Assembly (NCBI GenBank): GCA_016214555.1
Contig: JACROF010000002.1
Span: 136,125 to 200,124, forward strand
Direction: 5' to 3'
From: Candidatus Levyibacteriota bacterium
GTDB lineage: Bacteria > Patescibacteriota > Microgenomatia > Levybacterales > UBA12049
Length of the DNA: 64,000 nucleotides
Below the pieces are notes generated by a model. That model searched no databases, had not been told where the DNA came from, and saw only the letters and a list, made by a program, of their open reading frames with translations. Shown here one piece after another: positions 58,983 to 64,000 of this stretch; position 1 is the stretch's first letter; each line of letters begins with the position of its first letter. A program made the position numbers and the translations under genes.

Positions 58983-60254
58983 TTAATAATCAATTAAAAT
59001 ACGAGAAATACCTAATCCCAACAAGACAATTCCAATTCCTACAATTACTTTTTCAACTCCAAAAAAATCGGACAATCCACCTGCTGCCAAAATAGGAATT
59101 AAAGAAAACATTCCTACCATTGAATTAAGAACTCCATATATCTTTCCTCGAAACTCATCTGATGTTTTCTCCTGAAGAATAGTATTTGACGGAACAAAAA
59201 CAAATGCATTAGCCAATCCCAACACAAATGCAAGCACGACTACTAGGTGAAGATTTGTTATGCCAAAGCTATGAGGCAAAAAAGTGTTAAGCTCTTTAAC
59301 GATACCCTTTCCTGCAATTGCAGACCCGTATGGCAACAATAGCATCGCAATCCCTGAAAGGAACAGTCCTAGTGTTGCCAACTTTTCTTTTGACTTGTAA
59401 TGAAGGATAGTCAATAAAAATATCGCTCCCACTAAAAGTCCTATTGCAGCTGGAGCGATAAAGAAAAGTGGAAATTTTTGGATACTAATTTTTAGAACTT
59501 GATTCGCATACCCTGGTGCGACAACTGCAAGCACCAACAAAAGTATTTGTGAGATTGTTAGTAGAAAAATAGAGTTATATATTTCTTTAGAATTCCTCAT
59601 AATCGACAACGAATGTTTGACCTCTGTCATAAGTGCTGATTTTGGCGTTCCAAGAATTCCCTTCCTGCTAATAAAACTCCCTTTGTTAATTTTTATCCCC
59701 GATACAAAAAATGAGCTTACAAGAAAAAGACCACCAAGAAGTAAAAGCGTATTTACTTCACCAAATAATAGGATCACTGGCCCTGATAAGAGATAAGCAA
59801 ACAGCACAGATCCAAAAAGTCCTAAGCCAAAAAGAGCATTTGCTGAAAAGAGAAAATCCTTTCTCACAATAAGAGGGATCATCGGGGTCTCAGCTGGTAT
59901 AAAAAATTGTGTAACGAGCGCCACAATAAATAATGCGAGATATACAAAAATAAGATTACTATGAAAAATCGCAAGAACGATCAATACTATTCCCCTGATG
60001 ATATTGCTCGTAAAAAGAACCTGTTTTTTATCCCAACGATCTACATACACCCCAGCAAGTACTCCAAAAAGAATCGAAGGTAGCGTAAAACATATTACTG
60101 CAAATGAGACAGCAGTACTAGATTTGGTAAGTGAGAAAACTTGGAGAATAACAAAAAAGTTAAATAAATTGAAAGCAATTTGAGTTGTGATTTCAGCAAG
60201 CCATAGAAAAAGAAAAGATCTCTCCTCAAATGCGCGGAAAATGCGATTTTTCAT
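58983..60254 (-). CDS. MFS transporter (DHA3/EntS-like)
   Basis: AGVYVDRWDKK, FFIPAE, LQEKT..RGK. Confidence 0.9.
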   Translation of the reverse strand: MKNRIFRAFEERSFLFLWLAEITTQIAFNLFNFFVILQVFSLTKSSTAVSFAVICFTLPSILFGVLAGVYVDRWDKKQVLFTSNIIRGIVLIVLAIFHSNLIFVYLALFIVALVTQFFIPAETPMIPLIVRKDFLFSANALFGLGLFGSVLFAYLLSGPVILLFGEVNTLLLLGGLFLVSSFFVSGIKINKGSFISRKGILGTPKSALMTEVKHSLSIMRNSKEIYNSIFLLTISQILLLVLAVVAPGYANQVLKISIQKFPLFFIAPAAIGLLVGAIFLLTILHYKSKEKLATLGLFLSGIAMLLLPYGSAIAGKGIVKELNTFLPHSFGITNLHLVVVLAFVLGLANAFVFVPSNTILQEKTSDEFRGKIYGVLNSMVGMFSLIPILAAGGLSDFFGVEKVIVGIGIVLLGLGISRILIDY

Positions 60255-60808
60255 TATGCTTTTTCTGTATATGCACCTGTTCTGGTATCAACTCGGATTG
60301 ACTCTCCGATATTGATAAAAAGAGGAACTTTTGTCTGAGTCCCATTTTCTAGTGTAGCATCTTTAAAAACATTTGTTGCAGAATTTCCTTTAATACCTGG
60401 TGCCGTATCTACTATTTTAAAAACCATCTTGGATGGTAAAGCAACAGTAAGCGCTTCGTTATCTAAAAAACTAATTTGAAAATTTTCACCTTCCTTTAGA
60501 TACGCGTGGTCTGGAATCTTTGAGAGTGCAATCTGAATTTGATCATAGGTGCTGGGATTCATAAAAAATGCATGGGTATCATCTTTATAAAGAAATTGGA
60601 GATCTCTTTTCATGACCTGAACATCGTTAACTTTTGCTCCATTGATATAGCTTTTTTCAAGCGTTGAACCACTTTTAAGGTTTTTAACTCTTACTTTAAT
60701 ATTGGCACTTCCCCGCCCCATTTTAATATGCTCATAGGACACAACCATAAGAAGCTGTCCATCCTCTTGATAGGTTGTACCTGCTCGAAGATCAGTAACT
60801 GAAATCAT
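60254..60808 (-). CDS. efp: elongation factor P
   Basis: DLRAG, KMGRGSA, PGIKGNSA, VPLFI, VDTRTG. Confidence 0.96.
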   Translation of the reverse strand: MISVTDLRAGTTYQEDGQLLMVVSYEHIKMGRGSANIKVRVKNLKSGSTLEKSYINGAKVNDVQVMKRDLQFLYKDDTHAFFMNPSTYDQIQIALSKIPDHAYLKEGENFQISFLDNEALTVALPSKMVFKIVDTAPGIKGNSATNVFKDATLENGTQTKVPLFINIGESIRVDTRTGAYTEKA

Positions 60809-62319
60809 TTTTTGCTCTCCTCCTCAATATATTGTAACACAGTACGCACGCCAAACCCTGTTCCACCCTTTGGTCCTAAGCTAGACGGCCTACTAGCAAA
60901 AGCAGGTCCCGCGATGTCAAAGTGAATCCAGGGTACTTTGTTGACAAATTCCTGCAAAAATAGCGCCGCAGTTATCGTCCCGCCATATCGCGAGTTAGGA
61001 ATATTTGCAATATCCGCTACCTCGCTTTTATTCATACTCTTGTAATCCTCATCAAGTGGCAACTCCCATACTTTTTCCCCTTTTTTCTTTGCTGCCTCTT
61101 TTACTTTTTCACCAAACGTTGCTTCATTAGCAAATATCGCAGCAATATCCTCACCAAGTGCGACTAAACAAGCTCCAGTTAGCGTTGCAAAATCCATTAT
61201 CTCTGTTGCGCCTTGTTTTACAGCATAAGAAAGACTGTCTGCCATGGTAACCCTTCCTTCAGCATCAGTATTAAGTATCTCAATTGTTTTGCCGTTGTAC
61301 GCCCTCACAACGTCTCCTGGGACAACTCCTTTTCCTGATATTAGATTTGGTGTTGCGGCAATAACTCCCATTACCTCAAATGATGGTTCTATTTGGGCTA
61401 ATACAGAAAAAACTCCAAGGACAAGTGCTGCGCCAGACATATCCATTTTCATATCTTGCATATGATCGCCAGGCTTTACATTGATTCCTCCACTGTCAAA
61501 CGTTATTCCCTTTCCAATAAGGGCAAGTTTTTTCTTACTTGGTGATTTTTTTGGTTTGTACTCAAGTACAATAAATTTAGGGGGTGTATCAGATGCTCTT
61601 GCAATACCTAAAAATGCATCAAATCCCAACTTTTCAGCTTCTTTTTTCTCTATAATTCTACATGAAATAGCACTACTCGATTTAGCAATATCGTTTGCTA
61701 AATCAGCAAGATATGTAGGAGTAGCAACTGATGCTTGCTCATTGATAAGATCTCGAGCAATCGTAGTAGCCTTTGCATAAAGCTCACCTTTTTCAATAGC
61801 TTTTTTAACTTTTTTCTCATCAATATCTGATGCAAAAATTGTCAGCTCAAAAACTCTTTCTTCCTTTTTCTTTTCCTTGTATTTCACAAATTGATAGGAG
61901 CCCAAAAGCATACTCTCTGTCATCGCAATGACCAATGAATCAAATGATTTTTCATCAAAAATTTCAGGCAATGTCAGTACTGCAGAATTAATTACGTTCT
62001 TATGACTTGAGGCAAATGATCCAAGAGCTTTTCTGATAACACTGTAATTCCATTTCTCCTTCTCCCCAAGTCCTATGACAAGAATTTTTGTCGCTGGAAT
62101 CATACTTGAGGTGAAAAAACTAACTTTCTCCCCCACTTTGCCAGTAAATTTGTCTGCCTGACAGGCAAGAGAGAGTTGTCCTTTTACTTTTTTATCAAGT
62201 AAATCAAAAAGTTTTGTGGGTACAAACGAAGATTTTTTACCTTTTTGTTGAAACAAAAAAAACACAATTATATCTGTAGAGATGAGGTCTAATGACTTTT
62301 TTGACACTTCAAATTTCAT
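60805..62319 (-). CDS. pepA: leucyl aminopeptidase (M17)
   Basis: GKGITFDSGG, MKMDMSGAA, NTDAEGR, ATLTGA, HFDIAG. Confidence 0.95.
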   Translation of the reverse strand: MKFEVSKKSLDLISTDIIVFFLFQQKGKKSSFVPTKLFDLLDKKVKGQLSLACQADKFTGKVGEKVSFFTSSMIPATKILVIGLGEKEKWNYSVIRKALGSFASSHKNVINSAVLTLPEIFDEKSFDSLVIAMTESMLLGSYQFVKYKEKKKEERVFELTIFASDIDEKKVKKAIEKGELYAKATTIARDLINEQASVATPTYLADLANDIAKSSSAISCRIIEKKEAEKLGFDAFLGIARASDTPPKFIVLEYKPKKSPSKKKLALIGKGITFDSGGINVKPGDHMQDMKMDMSGAALVLGVFSVLAQIEPSFEVMGVIAATPNLISGKGVVPGDVVRAYNGKTIEILNTDAEGRVTMADSLSYAVKQGATEIMDFATLTGACLVALGEDIAAIFANEATFGEKVKEAAKKKGEKVWELPLDEDYKSMNKSEVADIANIPNSRYGGTITAALFLQEFVNKVPWIHFDIAGPAFASRPSSLGPKGGTGFGVRTVLQYIEEESKK

Positions 62320-62386
62320 AATAGATGCTATTGTAGCAACTACGAGAGAAAAATGGAACATTTCTTGGTATAATTGAGTCCTATCA

Positions 62387-62474
62387 GCCGGGATGGTGGA
62401 ATGGTAGACACGAAGGTCTCAAAAACCTTTGATCATAATAGATCATGTGGGTTCGAGTCCCTCTCCCGGCACCA
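62387..62474 (+). tRNA. tRNA-Leu(CAA)
   Basis: GCCGGGA/TCCCGGC acceptor stem, anticodon arm AAGGT-CTCAAAA-ACCTT, long variable arm, GTTCGAGT, encoded CCA. Confidence 0.95.
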
Positions 62475-62619
62475 TTTCTCAAAAAGTCCCGAATGTCTTT
62501 TGCTTTCAATCAAATCACTACTTTGCTATAATCCCCTTGCCAAATGGTTTGGCAGATCCCACATGCGTGGGAGCACATTCACAATCCTAAAACCCCTAAG
62601 TCGGGGAAAGGAGAAAAAA

Positions 62620-63975
62620 ATGTCGTCGAAAAATCTTCCCGAAGCGATGGCTTTCTACCATGAAGCGGGCCTTCCGGCAGCATGGAAACAAGCTATGAAA
62701 TTTACGGAGCCGAGTGGACGTCTGGCTACTATGCCAGATATCACCATGGCCAGACTAGCAACTATGCCAGGAAGCTATCCATGGGAGCGATACTTTACTA
62801 CCCTTACTGCTGAATACTATGGTCTTAGCAAAAACGGTAGACGAATTCTTATCGTTGCTCATGGGGTTGGTCCTATGGCTAACCTCGATGGGATACTCAA
62901 AGCTTATAGCTGGGAGTATAACGATAAAGATCGAAATCGACACGGAGGTAGGATTACACAGCAAGAATTTTGGGATCTTGAAGCAGGCAAGTATGGCCCG
63001 GTCGAGATAATTGACATTCAGGGATACTGCCAAACAAGACAGTACCCATTCATCTCTATTCTTCGCGCATCAGATGCTTTCGTAGACCCAATCCTCCATG
63101 CGAGACTTGGTCCTGACGCCTTGACGTATATCACAGCACACACTGAGGCATCGCGACTCTGGCACAAGGAGCAAGCAGGAATCGATCCTGAAAATCGATT
63201 CAATCTCCCAGACTATAACGAATATTTGATTCGCCGAGAGAAAATGCATTTCCTAGCAAGTCTTGAAGATTCTGACCCCTACATCATCGGCCTAAAAGGG
63301 AGTAGTTTTCTCTATTACCTTGGTCGTAAACACGGGTTTCAAGAGCCCGAGGAGGGGTATGCTGTAGCCCATTTAGTCTCAACAACAGGACTAGCCCACG
63401 CTCACCACGAAGGCAATGAAAGCCTCGTGTTGGATGTAAGTCTTCATGGATGGAGTGATGGAGTAAGACTCGTTGGCATCAGACCTGAAGGAAGTACAAA
63501 AAACGGTATTCATCAGGATGCTGATCCAAGAGAGCTCTTAAAAAAATACTGGCAAAGACTCTTCAAATCAGCCGGAAATCAACACCCAATCAATTTTTGC
63601 GGACTTGTCCAGCTTGGAGACGAATGGTTCACTCAATACCCTAAAAAGGGCGCTGGACTTGATACCTACGAGCCAGAATACAAAGTTACTTTTCTCTACC
63701 CAATTGGAACACCTGTTCCGTTTGTTACTGACATCAAGGGACACTATATGTTTTTCAAGTTCGACATCAACGAATTGAAAGCGATTGCCCCGCCTCAGGC
63801 GAATGGCTATTTCTTCACAAACGAACCAGAGCTGGTATGTGGGCAAGGAAACCCAACCCATCAAACCATTATGGTCCAGTTCTACAAGGTCTGGGCAGAC
63901 ACGACAAAACGATTAAAACGTGAGTCCGAGCTTGCCCACGACTACCAGACCATGCTGGATCTTGCATTCGCATGA
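62620..63975 (+). CDS. hypothetical protein (~451 aa) downstream of tRNA-Leu
   Basis: SD AAGGAG then ATG at 62620; the longer ORF-track start overlaps the tRNA. Confidence 0.75.
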   Translation: MSSKNLPEAMAFYHEAGLPAAWKQAMKFTEPSGRLATMPDITMARLATMPGSYPWERYFTTLTAEYYGLSKNGRRILIVAHGVGPMANLDGILKAYSWEYNDKDRNRHGGRITQQEFWDLEAGKYGPVEIIDIQGYCQTRQYPFISILRASDAFVDPILHARLGPDALTYITAHTEASRLWHKEQAGIDPENRFNLPDYNEYLIRREKMHFLASLEDSDPYIIGLKGSSFLYYLGRKHGFQEPEEGYAVAHLVSTTGLAHAHHEGNESLVLDVSLHGWSDGVRLVGIRPEGSTKNGIHQDADPRELLKKYWQRLFKSAGNQHPINFCGLVQLGDEWFTQYPKKGAGLDTYEPEYKVTFLYPIGTPVPFVTDIKGHYMFFKFDINELKAIAPPQANGYFFTNEPELVCGQGNPTHQTIMVQFYKVWADTTKRLKRESELAHDYQTMLDLAFA

Positions 63976-64000
63976 TCTGACCTCAACCGCACACTTCTGG

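Noticed and set aside
62374-62619. N-terminal 82 aa of the ORF-track protein 62374..63975
   Set aside because: Overlaps tRNA-Leu and a promoter; real start is probably ATG 62620 after the SD

Overview
Bacterial chromosomal window, AT-rich and mostly housekeeping. The gene content suggests a Patescibacteria/CPR, probably Microgenomates-like, genome (inference): trimmed ThrRS/PheT, rpsP-khpA-trmD without rimM, a large type IV pilus locus and many apparently leaderless genes. It holds thrS-infC-rpmI-rplT-pheST, a class A PBP, tyrS, recG, rpmF-nusB-rnc-rpsP-khpA-trmD, a ~15 kb type IV pilus cluster with two embedded GT-C glycosyltransferases, holB-like, gyrB (broken)-ppa-gyrA, folD, an ABC-2 exporter, a Xer recombinase, yebC, rluD-like, efp, pepA and tRNA-Leu(CAA). 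The best novel-system candidate is a ~7 kb accessory block (33.5-40.7 kb). It joins NAD salvage genes (PncB, a PncA-like nicotinamidase, the NrtR ADP-ribose-sensing repressor) to a TerY-P-like triad (PP2C phosphatase, Ser/Thr kinase with Zn ribbon, vWA). A perfect NrtR-type operator and a structured, boxA-containing leader precede the phosphatase-kinase-nicotinamidase-vWA operon. A second highlight lies between rplT and pheS: an unannotated aromatic-rich leader peptide with complete terminator/antiterminator geometry (pheM-like), flanked by two equal-length small-ORF units that end in the same hairpin motif. All calls come from reading motifs by eye; no database searches were run.
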